Assembly: GCA_021810625.1 (NCBI GenBank)
Contig: JAJZIJ010000004.1
Location: 9,569 to 73,568 of the forward strand
DNA: 64,000 nt
Source of the DNA: Acidobacteriota bacterium
GTDB lineage: Bacteria; Acidobacteriota; Terriglobia; Terriglobales; Acidobacteriaceae
Direction of reading: 5' to 3'
Positions within the stretch are counted from its first letter, which is position 1. Each line of letters starts with the position of its first letter. Below, one piece after another: positions 52,369-62,087 of the stretch. The notes beneath the pieces are model-generated. The model was not told where the DNA came from and searched no databases. It was given only the letters and a program-made list of their open reading frames with translations. The position numbers and the translations under genes are program-made.

Positions 52369-52941
52369 ATGCATCCCCAACGAAACATTTGCGTCTATTG
52401 TGGGTCGAACGATGGCAGGCGTCCAGAGTACCGTGCTGCCGCTGTGGAACTGGGCGCTGCGATGGCGCAGGCCGACGTGGGATTGGTCTACGGCGGCGCA
52501 TGTGTCGGGCTGATGGGCGCTGTTGCGGATGCGGCGCTGGACGCAGGCGGACGCGCCATAGGCTTTATTCCGCGCCAGTTGATGGAGAGGGAAGTGGCGC
52601 ATCGGGGACTCACGGAGTTGCGCGTCGTCGAAACCATGCACGAGCGCAAGCATGGGATGGCCGCGCTTGCCGATGCTTTTATCGCGCTGCCCGGCGGATA
52701 CGGCACGCTGGATGAATTGTGCGAAATTCTTGGATGGGCGCAGCTTGGAATTCACTCCAAGCCTGTTGTGTTGCTGAATGTCGGCGGATATTACGATCCT
52801 CTGCTGACCATGCTGGATCGCGCCGTGGCCGAGGGATTTCTGAAGCCGCAGCATCGGCGCTCCGCGCTGCAAGCGCCAATCGTAGATGTCGCGCTGCAAA
52901 AAATTCAGGCTGCGTGGGACATGGCGGCGCAGGGCCGTTAA
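52369..52941 (+). CDS. LOG-family cytokinin riboside 5'-monophosphate phosphoribohydrolase (TIGR00730 type)
   Basis: 190 aa. VYCGS, VYGGA and PGGYGTLDEL motifs. Confidence 0.9.
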   Translation: MHPQRNICVYCGSNDGRRPEYRAAAVELGAAMAQADVGLVYGGACVGLMGAVADAALDAGGRAIGFIPRQLMEREVAHRGLTELRVVETMHERKHGMAALADAFIALPGGYGTLDELCEILGWAQLGIHSKPVVLLNVGGYYDPLLTMLDRAVAEGFLKPQHRRSALQAPIVDVALQKIQAAWDMAAQGR

Positions 52942-52948
52942 GGAACCC

Positions 52949-53052
52949 CTGCACAAGTACCGAGCGTTCCCTCAGCGGCTAAAGCCGCATTGCAATGCTT
53001 GGACTTACGGCGGGACTAAAGTCCCGCCCCTTCAAAACGCTGACTTGTGCAG
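52949..53052. repeat. 104-bp element with 10-bp perfect terminal inverted repeats and two internal hairpins
   Basis: CTGCACAAGT (52949-52958) and ACTTGTGCAG (53043-53052). Internal hairpins GCGGCT-AA-AGCCGC (52975-52988) and GGCGGGAC-TAAA-GTCCCGCC (53009-53028). Sits between convergent genes. Confidence 0.85.
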
Positions 53053-53059
53053 AGCTTCC

Positions 53060-53497
53060 TCAATAGGCTGGCTTCTTTATACACGCCTCGCACTGGCACA
53101 TGCGGCGCAGATACTCCCAGGAAAAAATGCCGCTGTGGTGGCCGTCATTCCAATCAAAGCTGATGGCGTAGCGTCCTACAGGAGAGACCTTCACTGGCTG
53201 CGCCGGAGCCTTATACATCGGCAGTAGATTCGCAGGCTGCGGCTTGGGAACTCCAGGCTGGCGATTCTCTTGCTCGCGTTCCTCATTGCAGGTGGCGCAG
53301 GGGCAGGCATCGCGCAGCCAGGCAAAGCTCCAATGGCTGGTATGCCCGTCTTTCCAGTCGATCTCGACACCGGTGCCTTCGCTCTTTCGCACGCGCACAT
53401 GTTGAGGGTCAGTGGCTTCGCGGGGCAAATCTTTTTCTTCTGCCGCTGCTTTGCGCGCGGCCTCTTCGCTGACAAAGCGGATGCCTTCGTGGCTCAT
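53060..53497 (-). CDS. DUF971 (gamma-butyrobetaine hydroxylase N-terminal-like) protein
   Basis: 145 aa. Duplicated W.DGH.S....WLR..C.C..C pattern (IDWKDGHTSHWSFAWLRDACPCATC and FDWNDGHHSGIFSWEYLRRMCQCEAC). Confidence 0.75.
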   Translation of the reverse strand: MSHEGIRFVSEEAARKAAAEEKDLPREATDPQHVRVRKSEGTGVEIDWKDGHTSHWSFAWLRDACPCATCNEEREQENRQPGVPKPQPANLLPMYKAPAQPVKVSPVGRYAISFDWNDGHHSGIFSWEYLRRMCQCEACIKKPAY

Positions 53498-53784
53498 ATC
53501 TTATTTTTACGCCTTGGGAGATCGTAACGCAGTTTTAACAGCAAGATGGCCAACGAGAGAACCAGCGTGGCCGCGTTAGCTTCAATCACGGGTCGGGAGT
53601 GGATGCGTATTCCGTAGATCAACCATAGCAATACGCCGAATGAGAAACATAGGAACATGCCCAGCGATATGTCTGCCGCGCTTTTGCGCCGCCACACACG
53701 CGCCAACTGCGGAACAAAGGCAATTGTCGTGCAAATGGCCGCCACGGTGCCGATGATCTCCGTTATGTGTTGCGCGAGGGTCAT
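53494..53784 (-). CDS. SemiSWEET / PQ-loop family small transporter
   Basis: 96 aa from MTLAQHI. 3 TM with a PQ motif (FVPQLARVWRRK). 4-nt overlaps with both neighbours. Confidence 0.7.
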   Translation of the reverse strand: MTLAQHITEIIGTVAAICTTIAFVPQLARVWRRKSAADISLGMFLCFSFGVLLWLIYGIRIHSRPVIEANAATLVLSLAILLLKLRYDLPRRKNKI

Positions 53785-54569
53785 CTGTAGACCTTCCAGA
53801 AAAAGTATGTCGTTACGATGCAGCCCATCAGGATCACCAGCGCTCGCAACCAACGAGGCTGACGCCTGCGTACCGTCCGCGCGCATACATATCCGCCCAC
53901 GCTGGCTGCCAGCATCATCAGCAAAGCGTAATGCCACACGACCGCGCCGTAGATCACGAACGTAATTGAGGCGACACCGTTGGACACGCTGGTGATGACC
54001 GTCTTCAGCGCATTGATCTCATGCACGCTTTCCACGCCAGCGACGCTCAGCACGCCCATAATCAGCAGGCCCGCCCCCGCGCCAAAAAATCCAATATACA
54101 AGCAGACAACAAAGATGCCGACAGGCAGCAGGATACGCGCCATTCGGCGCAATCCCGTGGGATGAGCGTGTGGATGCGCTGCCTGTAGGAATCTCTGTTG
54201 CAGCGATGGCCCGATCGCAAACAAGATCGTTGCGAGCAGCAGCAGCCACGGCACCAGATGCAGAAATTGTTTCTGCCGCGTTGTCATTAAAATTCGCGCG
54301 CCGATCACGCCTCCGGCGAACGCGGCCAGCAGCAAGGGAACGAGCATGGAATGGTGACGTCGCAGCTCTTCGCGATATGCGGTGGCGGAGGTGAATTGCC
54401 CCGGCAGCAACGCGACCGTGTTTGTTGCATTCGCCTGTTTCGGCAACACGCCCGCTTGTAGCAGGGCGGGAAAGGAGAGCAGCGAACCGCCGCCAGCAAC
54501 GGCATTGATGGCTCCGGCCACAAGCGCGGCAGCGGCCAGCCCAAGAGAGCGCATAAAGAGAAAAGGCAT
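53781..54569 (-). CDS. TauE/SafE family sulfite exporter-like membrane protein
   Basis: 262 aa, 7-8 TM. Gly-rich N-terminal helix (AGAINAVAGGGSLLSFPAL) typical of DUF81/TauE. Confidence 0.8.
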   Translation of the reverse strand: MPFLFMRSLGLAAAALVAGAINAVAGGGSLLSFPALLQAGVLPKQANATNTVALLPGQFTSATAYREELRRHHSMLVPLLLAAFAGGVIGARILMTTRQKQFLHLVPWLLLLATILFAIGPSLQQRFLQAAHPHAHPTGLRRMARILLPVGIFVVCLYIGFFGAGAGLLIMGVLSVAGVESVHEINALKTVITSVSNGVASITFVIYGAVVWHYALLMMLAASVGGYVCARTVRRRQPRWLRALVILMGCIVTTYFFWKVYR

Positions 54570-54655
54570 TCACCTTTATTGTAGTGGGTGCGCGAGGACT
54601 CGCTCGCATCAACCATGATCCAAGTGCCGATGCGCATCCGAATTTCACGAGAAAT

Positions 54656-55468
54656 TTATGTTGGAAGAATCGATGCGCCTGCGTCATCGAGAATCGGCAT
54701 CTCCGGCGTGGCGGCCAGCAGCGCTTGCGTATAGGCTGACTGCGGCTGTTCGCAGATTTGCTGCCAGCCACCTTGTTCCACCACGCGTCCTTGTCGCAGC
54801 ACCACAATCTGATCGGAGAGGTAGCGTGCCAGCGGCATGGAGTGCGTGATGAAGAGATAGGTCAGATGAAACTCGCGTTGCAGGCGTTGCAGCAGCGTGA
54901 TGATCTGCGCTGCCACGCTGACATCAAGCGCGGAGACTGGCTCATCCAGCACGACAAACTCCGGTTGCAGAATCAGCGCGCGCGCAATGTTGATGCGCTG
55001 CCGCTGTCCGCCGGAAAATTCATGTGGGTAACGCGCCAGGGCGGAGCCATCCATGCCGACCGCGCGCAGCATGGCGGAGACGCGCTCCCGGCGCGCAGAT
55101 CGAGTTGTCACATCCGCAGTATGGATGTCCAGCGGCTCGCCCACAATTTGCTCCACGCGCATGCGGGGATTCAGCGCGGCGTAGGGGTCTTGAAAGACAA
55201 TCTGCATGTGTTGGCGCAGTTCCCGCATCTGCCGATGCGAGGCTGCCCGCAGGTCTGCGTCATGGAAGCGGATCGTCCCTGAATCCGGTTCGATCAGCCG
55301 CAGCAGCATTCGCGCCACTGTGCTTTTGCCGGAGCCAGATTCGCCAATCAATCCCAGTGTCTGCCCGCGTTCAATTTGAAACGAAACGTAATCGACAACG
55401 GTGCTGCGCTGTCGCGTACCCGCTCCAGCGTAACTCTTCGTTAGACCTTCGATCTCGACCAACGGCAT
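54656..55468 (-). CDS. ABC transporter ATP-binding protein (oligopeptide/dipeptide DppF/OppF-like)
   Basis: Walker [10 protein letters not shown], signature FSGGQRQR, Walker [12 protein letters not shown]. No permease or substrate-binding gene is adjacent. Confidence 0.88.
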   Translation of the reverse strand: MPLVEIEGLTKSYAGAGTRQRSTVVDYVSFQIERGQTLGLIGESGSGKSTVARMLLRLIEPDSGTIRFHDADLRAASHRQMRELRQHMQIVFQDPYAALNPRMRVEQIVGEPLDIHTADVTTRSARRERVSAMLRAVGMDGSALARYPHEFSGGQRQRINIARALILQPEFVVLDEPVSALDVSVAAQIITLLQRLQREFHLTYLFITHSMPLARYLSDQIVVLRQGRVVEQGGWQQICEQPQSAYTQALLAATPEMPILDDAGASILPT

Positions 55469-55495
55469 GTTCGCATCCTAGCACTGCGGCGTGCG

Positions 55496-55915
55496 TCACT
55501 GCGGAGCGCGCACAGTGGCTTGGCAGTTCTCGCGTTCCAGCAGCGCTTCCACGCGGCCTTGAATTTCATCTCGAATCTCGCGTACCTCTTCGAGAGGCAA
55601 ATGCTTTGGATCGCGTAGCGGCCAATCTTCGCGCCGCATTCCGGGCACGACCGGGCAGGCATCGCCGCAGCCCATTGTGATGAGAAGTTGCGCGTCCTGT
55701 GCCAGCGCATCGGTCAGCTTTTGCGGCTTGCACGCGCTCAGATCAATGCCCACTTCCCGCATCGCCGTCACAACGATGGGATGAACAAATTCTCCCGGAG
55801 CAGTCCCGGCGGAAACTGCGCGCGCGCATTGCGGATCAGAAAGCTGGTTGAAAAATGCCGCTGCCATTTGTGAGCGGCCTGCGTTGTGTACGCAGGCAAA
55901 AATTATCTTCTTCAT
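55496..55915 (-). CDS. arsC: arsenate reductase, LMW-PTP (thioredoxin-coupled) type
   Basis: 139 aa from [18 protein letters not shown] (CX5R P-loop), with downstream Cys pair context. Confidence 0.9.
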   Translation of the reverse strand: MKKIIFACVHNAGRSQMAAAFFNQLSDPQCARAVSAGTAPGEFVHPIVVTAMREVGIDLSACKPQKLTDALAQDAQLLITMGCGDACPVVPGMRREDWPLRDPKHLPLEEVREIRDEIQGRVEALLERENCQATVRAPQ

Positions 55916-57015
55916 ATCGTTTGTACCGTTTTTTTTCTTTGCATAAAATAGCGTTTTTGCAGCCATAGAGAGACGTTTACCAGGCCGATGAGCGCGGGAA
56001 CCTCCACCAATGGGCCGATCACGCCGACAAATGCCTCGCCGGAGTTCAAGCCAAAAACGGCGACTGCAACGGCGATGGCCAACTCAAAATTATTGCTGGA
56101 GGCGGTGAATGCAAGCGTGGCGGTTTTGGAGTAATCCGCGCCCAGACTGTGGCCCATCCAGAAGCTCACCAGAAACATCACGGCAAAATAAATGACCAGT
56201 GGCACCGCGATGCGTAGCACGTCGAACGGGAGACGCACAATCATGTCTCCCTTCAGGCTGAACATGACAACGATGGTAAACAGCAAGGCGATCAGCGTCA
56301 GTGGACTGATGCGCGGCAGAAAATGCGTTTGATACCACGCCTCGTTTTTGCAGCGCAAAAAAATGAAGCGCGTCAACATTCCCGCCAGAAAGGGAATGCC
56401 CAGGTAGAGAAATACGCTCTTGGCGATTTGCTCCATGCCCACATGCACAGCCGATGTCTGCAAGCCGAACCATCCTGGCATCACCGTGAGAAAGACCCAG
56501 GCGTAGACGCTGTAGAAGAGCACCTGGAAGATGCTGTTGAAGGCCACCAGTCCCGCAGCGTAGTCCGTATCGCCTGCGGCCAGATCGTTCCAAACGAGCA
56601 CCATTGCGATGCAGCGGGCCAGGCCGATCAGGATCAGACCGCGCATGTAGGCCGGCTCGCCACGCAGAAAGATCAACGCCAGCGCAAACATCAGCAGCGG
56701 CCCGATAACCCAGTTCTGCGCGAGCGATAGCGCCAGCACCTTGCGATTGCGAAAGACCTCATGCAGCTTTTCGTAGCGCACTTTGGCCAGCGGTGGGTAC
56801 ATCATCACGATCAAGCCAATGGCGATGGGCAGGTTGGTCGTCCCGTGCTGAAAGCGCTGGATAAACGTGGCCGTGCCGGGAACAAAATGTCCCAGCGCGA
56901 CACCTGCGGCCATCGCAAGAAAAATCCAAAGCGTCAGATAGCGATCCAGAAACGAAAGATGAGCGCGTGGGAGTGGCACGCAGACTTTCCCTTGAAATGC
57001 GGCGGGATTCGACAT
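55912..57015 (-). CDS. acr3: arsenite efflux transporter ACR3 family
   Basis: [22 protein letters not shown] and about 10 TM helices. Start at MSNPAAF. 4-nt overlap with arsC. Confidence 0.92.
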   Translation of the reverse strand: MSNPAAFQGKVCVPLPRAHLSFLDRYLTLWIFLAMAAGVALGHFVPGTATFIQRFQHGTTNLPIAIGLIVMMYPPLAKVRYEKLHEVFRNRKVLALSLAQNWVIGPLLMFALALIFLRGEPAYMRGLILIGLARCIAMVLVWNDLAAGDTDYAAGLVAFNSIFQVLFYSVYAWVFLTVMPGWFGLQTSAVHVGMEQIAKSVFLYLGIPFLAGMLTRFIFLRCKNEAWYQTHFLPRISPLTLIALLFTIVVMFSLKGDMIVRLPFDVLRIAVPLVIYFAVMFLVSFWMGHSLGADYSKTATLAFTASSNNFELAIAVAVAVFGLNSGEAFVGVIGPLVEVPALIGLVNVSLWLQKRYFMQRKKTVQTI

Positions 57016-57017
57016 GG

Positions 57018-57452
57018 TTATCGCGCCTCCATACGCGGGGATGATGTGCGCGTTAAGGCCGAGAGAGCCATTGGCGGCGGCGCGCCCTGAATGGAAACAA
57101 ACTTCTCCGGCTTGCAGCAGGCGCGGGCCAAACGCGCTTGATCCGCCTGCATTGCCTTGTCCTCGCGCAGCCAGGACAGCACTTCCCGCAGTACGCGGCG
57201 GCCAGCGGCGTCCTGCGGCTCGGTGATTCGGTAGTGCATCCATTTCCCTTCGCGCCGCGCTGCCACAATTCCGGCGCGCCGCAGATAAGCCAGATGACGC
57301 GAAATTTTCGGCTGGCTCTCTCCGGTCACTTCAATGAAATAGCAAACGCAGATTTCCTGGCCCGTCATCAGATTCAGCAGGCGGAGCCGCGTTCGATCCG
57401 CAAGAGCGCGAAAGAGGCTGTCCATTGCAAACGGTTTTTGACGACCTGTCAT
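57018..57452 (-). CDS. arsR: ArsR/SmtB-family metalloregulator
   Basis: From MTGRQKP. Has [13 protein letters not shown], a CVC metal(loid) site (EICVCYF), the [18 protein letters not shown], and a C-terminal extension with a CC pair. Confidence 0.85.
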   Translation of the reverse strand: MTGRQKPFAMDSLFRALADRTRLRLLNLMTGQEICVCYFIEVTGESQPKISRHLAYLRRAGIVAARREGKWMHYRITEPQDAAGRRVLREVLSWLREDKAMQADQARLARACCKPEKFVSIQGAPPPMALSALTRTSSPRMEAR

Positions 57453-57467
57453 GTTCGTAGAATACAT

Positions 57468-57495
57468 TTGCATAAGCGTATGTGTCCAGTATAAT
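57468..57495 (+). promoter_or_regulatory. sigma70-like promoter for arsM in the arsR/arsM divergent region
   Basis: TTGCAT (57468-57473), a 16-nt spacer, then TATAAT (57490-57495). Flanked by an imperfect inverted repeat, TTCGTAGAATACAT (57454-57467) and ATGTCTGTACGAA (57499-57511). Confidence 0.55.
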
Positions 57496-57545
57496 GTATA
57501 TGTCTGTACGAATATGTTTATGCCCACGTACACGAGGTGAAGAAA

Positions 57546-58415
57546 ATGCAGGAAAACATACTTGAAGCCGTCCGTTCCAAATATGCAGATATTGCCCGGA
57601 GTACGTTGTCCAGCGAACACGTTGGGGTCAAAGCGGTTGCCGAGGCATTTGGCTACGATGCCGCAGAACTGGCTGCGATTCCCGCCCGCGCCAACATGGG
57701 CCTTTCCTGTGGCAATCCCACGGCGATGGCCTCCTTGCGTCCAGGAGAAGTGGTGCTGGATTTAGGTTCCGGCGGCGGTTTGGATGTGTTCCTTGCGGCC
57801 AACAAGGTCGGCCTGCAGGGCAGGGCCATCGGCATCGACATGACAGAGGAGATGATTGAGCGGGCGCGGAAAAATGCGGTGGATGGCGGCTATACCAATG
57901 TTGCGTTTTACCTGTCCACCATCGACAATATCCCGCTGCCGGACGCATCGGTCGATTGCGTTCTCAGCAACTGTGTCCTGAATCTTGCGCCAGACAAGTC
58001 TGCGGTCTTTCGGGAAATTGCGCGCGTTCTCAAGCCCGGAGGCAGGCTGGCCGCCAGTGATATTGCGCTGAAAGAGGGACACGCCTTGCCCGCTGAAGTT
58101 GCTTCGAGTGTGGCGGCCTATGTTGGATGTATCGCCGGGGCCATTTCCATCGACAGGTATCGTGACAGTCTGTTGGCCGCAGGCTTTCAGCATGTCGCGA
58201 TTGTGGATAGTGGCGCCGATCTGAATCTCTGGACCAAGCAGGAAAACCAGTCAGGCTGCGGTTCATCGCAGGGAACGACAGGCGCGTCGGGCTGTTGCTC
58301 TTCGGGTGCAACAGGGAATGCGTCGGGAGAAAAGCGGCAGTTGGGAGAACTGCTGATGCAATATGACATCAACAAAATTGCGGCCAGCGTCAGGGTGTAT
58401 GCGGTGAAACCATAA
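57546..58415 (+). CDS. arsM: arsenite S-adenosylmethionine methyltransferase
   Basis: SAM motif [11 protein letters not shown]. Conserved Cys contexts GLSCGNP and YVGCIAGA. Cys-rich C-terminal tail. GAGGTGA lies 5 nt upstream of the ATG. Confidence 0.85.
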   Translation: MQENILEAVRSKYADIARSTLSSEHVGVKAVAEAFGYDAAELAAIPARANMGLSCGNPTAMASLRPGEVVLDLGSGGGLDVFLAANKVGLQGRAIGIDMTEEMIERARKNAVDGGYTNVAFYLSTIDNIPLPDASVDCVLSNCVLNLAPDKSAVFREIARVLKPGGRLAASDIALKEGHALPAEVASSVAAYVGCIAGAISIDRYRDSLLAAGFQHVAIVDSGADLNLWTKQENQSGCGSSQGTTGASGCCSSGATGNASGEKRQLGELLMQYDINKIAASVRVYAVKP

Positions 58416-58509
58416 AAGACGCGCTTAAATTTTGCGCATGTTTATATCAAGCCATTTGGTTTATATTCAAGGGGCTTGAGTGATAACTGAATACGGAGGC
58501 TCAATCTTG

Positions 58510-59337
58510 ATGAACTGCCGCAGAAAACAATCCTTATGTCAGCGCTTCTTTGCCATTCGACTGCCTGTGCTTGCTTTGCCCCTCATGTTTGCAACTACGT
58601 GTTTCGCGGCGCAGCGGAGAATCGACTGGACACTGCCTCCCGGCACGGCCATCCCAGTTGAATTCACACGCACCATCAAAGCAGACAAGGCGAGGGCCGA
58701 GGATCAGGTTAAGGCTGAGACGATGCAGGTTGTCCATCTCGGACAAGGGCACGATTTGCCCAAAGGGTCAATTGTTCTGGGGCAGGTCATCACGGCGCGT
58801 CCACTACGCGGGGATGTCGATCCCTCGATACTCGCATTCAAGTTTGATCGGATCGTTACCCGCGCCGGTGTTCTCCATGTTCATCTCTATGTGCGTGCCC
58901 TCGCAAATGTTGATGATTCAAGTGCGGCCAGTGTGCCCACGCCTCCATCCGACATGAATCTTTCCGACTCCCGCACTCTGATTGACGGAGACCAGGTGAT
59001 ACCTTCCGAACGTAAAATCTACTCGTCGGAAGACAAGGAGGGGCCTGTGCTTGGCGAGAACCTGAAAGACGGCGTATTCGAGCGCCTGCGACCCGCATTG
59101 GCTGTAAACCAGGGGAAACAACTCCTCTGCGATGGGACAGCAACGGAGCAGTCCGTAGCCATTTATTCAGGAAGCGCATGTGGGCTTTACGGTTTCGGTA
59201 CCGCCTATCTCGCGCACCGGGGGAAACGAAATCAAGGAGTCGTTGAAATGGATGCCAGGTATTTTACGGTCAGGCTTTATTCGCAGAGTACGGCTTTGCT
59301 TCAGGTTGCGCCGAATTCAGATGCTTCCAAGCCGTAA
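58510..59337 (+). CDS. hypothetical exported protein (VirB10/TrbI-like segment, related to 19892-21277)
   Basis: Signal peptide (LPVLALPLMFATTCFAA), then LPPGTAIPVEF...LPKGSIVLGQV, which resembles the pattern in the 19.9-21.3 kb protein. Confidence 0.45.
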   Translation: MNCRRKQSLCQRFFAIRLPVLALPLMFATTCFAAQRRIDWTLPPGTAIPVEFTRTIKADKARAEDQVKAETMQVVHLGQGHDLPKGSIVLGQVITARPLRGDVDPSILAFKFDRIVTRAGVLHVHLYVRALANVDDSSAASVPTPPSDMNLSDSRTLIDGDQVIPSERKIYSSEDKEGPVLGENLKDGVFERLRPALAVNQGKQLLCDGTATEQSVAIYSGSACGLYGFGTAYLAHRGKRNQGVVEMDARYFTVRLYSQSTALLQVAPNSDASKP

Positions 59338-59456
59338 ATATAACCGCTGTCCTTGCGCTTGGTAACGCTCGCCAACATGGGAGTGGCCTCTCACTGGCGG
59401 ATGCGTGAAGCCTTCACAAGCCAACTCGATTCAATTGTTCGGGAGGTTGAGAGATT

Positions 59457-60389
59457 TTGGAGTTCACACGACGACTGTTTCCGGTGATGGCTGGCATCTG
59501 CTTCTTGGCCGGGTTTCTCATCGAATCTACTCATCCTGCCCTTGCATCTCCTGCCACGTTTGTTACAGCGCTGCCCGTAGCCGAGAACCAGATATTGTCT
59601 CGTTTTAATTGGGATCCTACTTTTAGTAGCCAAGACCTCACCAGCTTCCAGTTTCCTTTTGATCTTGCCTATGGCTTGGATGCGCGCTGGACGATCTTTA
59701 CCACATTTAATCCCGTATATAACTCCATGCAGACGCAAACACCCTCTGGCCGGAGCAACATTAGCTCCGGCGGTTTTGGAGACACGCTTGTGTTTGCGCG
59801 GTACACATTATTTAGCCGCGACACGCCAAAATCTACCTTGCGCCTTGCTCCCGTGGCAGGGTTAGATTTTCCCAGCGGAGACAATACACTCCGCGATTCC
59901 AATGGATTCCTGCCCGCACCGATGCAAACTGGCTCCGGTAGCGTTGCTCCTTATGGAGGTATGGCATTTGGCTGGAACGGCCCAGCGTATGGGCTTGCCG
60001 CAGACAGTACCTTTCTCCACAATCCGATTACAAACACGGGCATCAACCCTGGCGACCAATTTCGCGCTGATGCGCAGGGAGAGGTGCGGCTATATCCCAG
60101 AACCCTGCCAGAAATTGGCCTGCCAAAGGAGCTATGGGTGTCCATCGAAGAGAATTACTACCATAATTCTCTTTCGCACATTAGTGGTCAGGTCTTGCCT
60201 GGGTCTGGCGGCCAGAGCTTTTATCAGGATGTCGTCCTTGAATTTGCAACCTTGCATTACGAGGTCGGCGCAGGCATACAGCTTCCGGTTGTACAGGATT
60301 TGAATAGCTCAAGCTATGCGCGGGAAAAGCGCCAACTGTTATTTTTTACCGAATACTATTTCTCCGGTTTCAAAAGGCGCAAACAATGA
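59457..60389 (+). CDS. putative outer-membrane beta-barrel (MetA-pathway/transporter-like family)
   Basis: Signal peptide, alternating beta-strand pattern, GGFGDTLVFARYTLF motif and an aromatic-rich C-terminal strand (LLFFTEYYFSGF). TTG start with GGGAGG upstream. Confidence 0.55.
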   Translation: MEFTRRLFPVMAGICFLAGFLIESTHPALASPATFVTALPVAENQILSRFNWDPTFSSQDLTSFQFPFDLAYGLDARWTIFTTFNPVYNSMQTQTPSGRSNISSGGFGDTLVFARYTLFSRDTPKSTLRLAPVAGLDFPSGDNTLRDSNGFLPAPMQTGSGSVAPYGGMAFGWNGPAYGLAADSTFLHNPITNTGINPGDQFRADAQGEVRLYPRTLPEIGLPKELWVSIEENYYHNSLSHISGQVLPGSGGQSFYQDVVLEFATLHYEVGAGIQLPVVQDLNSSSYAREKRQLLFFTEYYFSGFKRRKQ

Positions 60390-60823
60390 TGGCCAGCAGG
60401 TGGAATCGACATCGCATCCTCGCGCTCGTGGTGCTCCTCAGCGTGCCCTGTGCTGCCGCCCCCCTAAGATCGCAACCCTTGCAGGATGCGTCCTGGCAAC
60501 GTGTCACAGCGCACCTGAATGGGGTGTTTTCTCCCCGCGGATTCTTCAATATCCTGGTCAGGCTCTACTCATTGCCGAGCTTGAAGAGCGCGCAGTTCAA
60601 CCTGCGGCAGTCATCGGTCGTTTTGGATTTTCCACCGGGTACATCCCCCGTGACAAGCGGTCAGATTCAGCGGATTGAGAAGGATGCCGGGTATCGTCCC
60701 GGTCAAGTCGAAATCCAACGAATCCCGGCACGCAGTTTTGCGGAGAATGGGCCGGGATGGACAAAGATCAAGCATCCACAGTCGAAACATGCAGTTATCC
60801 GGTGGTTGAAACAAAACTTCTAG
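60386..60823 (+). CDS. hypothetical exported protein with cysteine-less HMA-like (ferredoxin-fold) pattern
   Basis: 145 aa with a signal peptide. The ATGA overlap with the upstream barrel gene suggests translational coupling. The beta-alpha-beta-beta-alpha-beta spacing resembles HMA domains but lacks CxxC. Inference only. Confidence 0.4.
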   Translation: MMASRWNRHRILALVVLLSVPCAAAPLRSQPLQDASWQRVTAHLNGVFSPRGFFNILVRLYSLPSLKSAQFNLRQSSVVLDFPPGTSPVTSGQIQRIEKDAGYRPGQVEIQRIPARSFAENGPGWTKIKHPQSKHAVIRWLKQNF

Positions 60824-60926
60824 CGGACAATTTGCCTGAAAGGACACAGGCGCGCGCAGGCTGCTGTGTGCGGATCGTGTGTACAGCAGAATCGGAACAG
60901 GGCACAATAACGTAGAGGGAAACATC

Positions 60927-62087
60927 GTGCGCACTGTCATTACAGCCGCCCAGCTTCTTACGCCAGAGACCTGCGTGGCGCGCCCCGTCGTTGTGGTGGA
61001 AGATGGGAAGATCGCCAGCATTCAATCGGCGGAGGCCGCGCCCATGCCTGCGGCAGAGCGGCATCTGGACTACGCTGACTCTATTCTCGCGCCTGCATTT
61101 TTTGATGTTCATACGCATGGCGCGCGCGGGCGCGATGTTATGGAAGCCTCTACAGATGCGCTGGATACCATCGGTCTATTTCTGGCCTCGCGTGGCGTGG
61201 GGTCATATTTTCCTTCCACCGTGACCGCTTCTGAGGAGGAAATTTTGCGCGCTCTGGATGGCTTGGCGCAGCAGGTGGAGCGCGTCGATCATCCTGGAGC
61301 CAGGCCGGTGGGCATTCATCTGGAAGGGCCGTTTCTCTCCTGCGAGCAACGCGGTGTGCATCCTCCGCAGGACTTGCAAGCTCCCACCATTGAACTTTTC
61401 GAGCGATTTTTTCAGGCGGCGCGTGGTCATATCGCGTTGGTGACGGTCGCGCCGGAGCTTCCCGGCGCAGTGGAGATGATCGAGTACGCGACACGCAAGG
61501 GCGTGCGCATCAGCATGGGGCACAGTAATGCGCGCGCGCAGGCTGCGCTGGCCGGGATTGCTGCTGGAGCGTGCAGCGCGACACACACCTTCAACGCGAT
61601 GCGACCCATCAGCCATCGTGACCCAGGCGTGTTGGACGTGGTGCTGGATCGCGAGGATTTGTTCGCCGAGATTATCTGCGACAAGATTCATGTGAACCCC
61701 AGCGCGGTGCGCCTTTTCTGGAAGGCCAAAGGGCCGCAGCGCAGCATTCTGATTACGGATGCCACCAGCGCGACGGGAATGCCCAATGGCAATTACCGTC
61801 TGGGATCGTTTGAGATTACGCTTGTCGATGGAACCTGCCTGCTCAACGGCGGTCTGGCTGGAAGCGCGCTCACGCTGGATCGGGCACTGCAAAATTTTAT
61901 GGAATGTACCCAGTGCGGCTTGCAGGCCGCGCTCCGCTGCATGACAGCGAATCCGGCAGCCATGACTGGCCTGGAGAAAAAAATTGGCCATCTGCAAGTG
62001 GGAATGTCTGCGGACATTACCGTTCTTGCCGCCAGCGGAGCAGTGCAAGCCACGATTCTTCGCGGAGTTCCCGCGCAGATCCCTTGA
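60927..62087 (+). CDS. nagA: N-acetylglucosamine-6-phosphate deacetylase
   Basis: FDVHTHGA, HLEGPF, VTVAPE, GHSNA and ATHTFNAM motifs. The GTG at 60927 has AGAGGGA upstream. The ORF is open from 60879. Confidence 0.9.
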   Translation: MRTVITAAQLLTPETCVARPVVVVEDGKIASIQSAEAAPMPAAERHLDYADSILAPAFFDVHTHGARGRDVMEASTDALDTIGLFLASRGVGSYFPSTVTASEEEILRALDGLAQQVERVDHPGARPVGIHLEGPFLSCEQRGVHPPQDLQAPTIELFERFFQAARGHIALVTVAPELPGAVEMIEYATRKGVRISMGHSNARAQAALAGIAAGACSATHTFNAMRPISHRDPGVLDVVLDREDLFAEIICDKIHVNPSAVRLFWKAKGPQRSILITDATSATGMPNGNYRLGSFEITLVDGTCLLNGGLAGSALTLDRALQNFMECTQCGLQAALRCMTANPAAMTGLEKKIGHLQVGMSADITVLAASGAVQATILRGVPAQIP

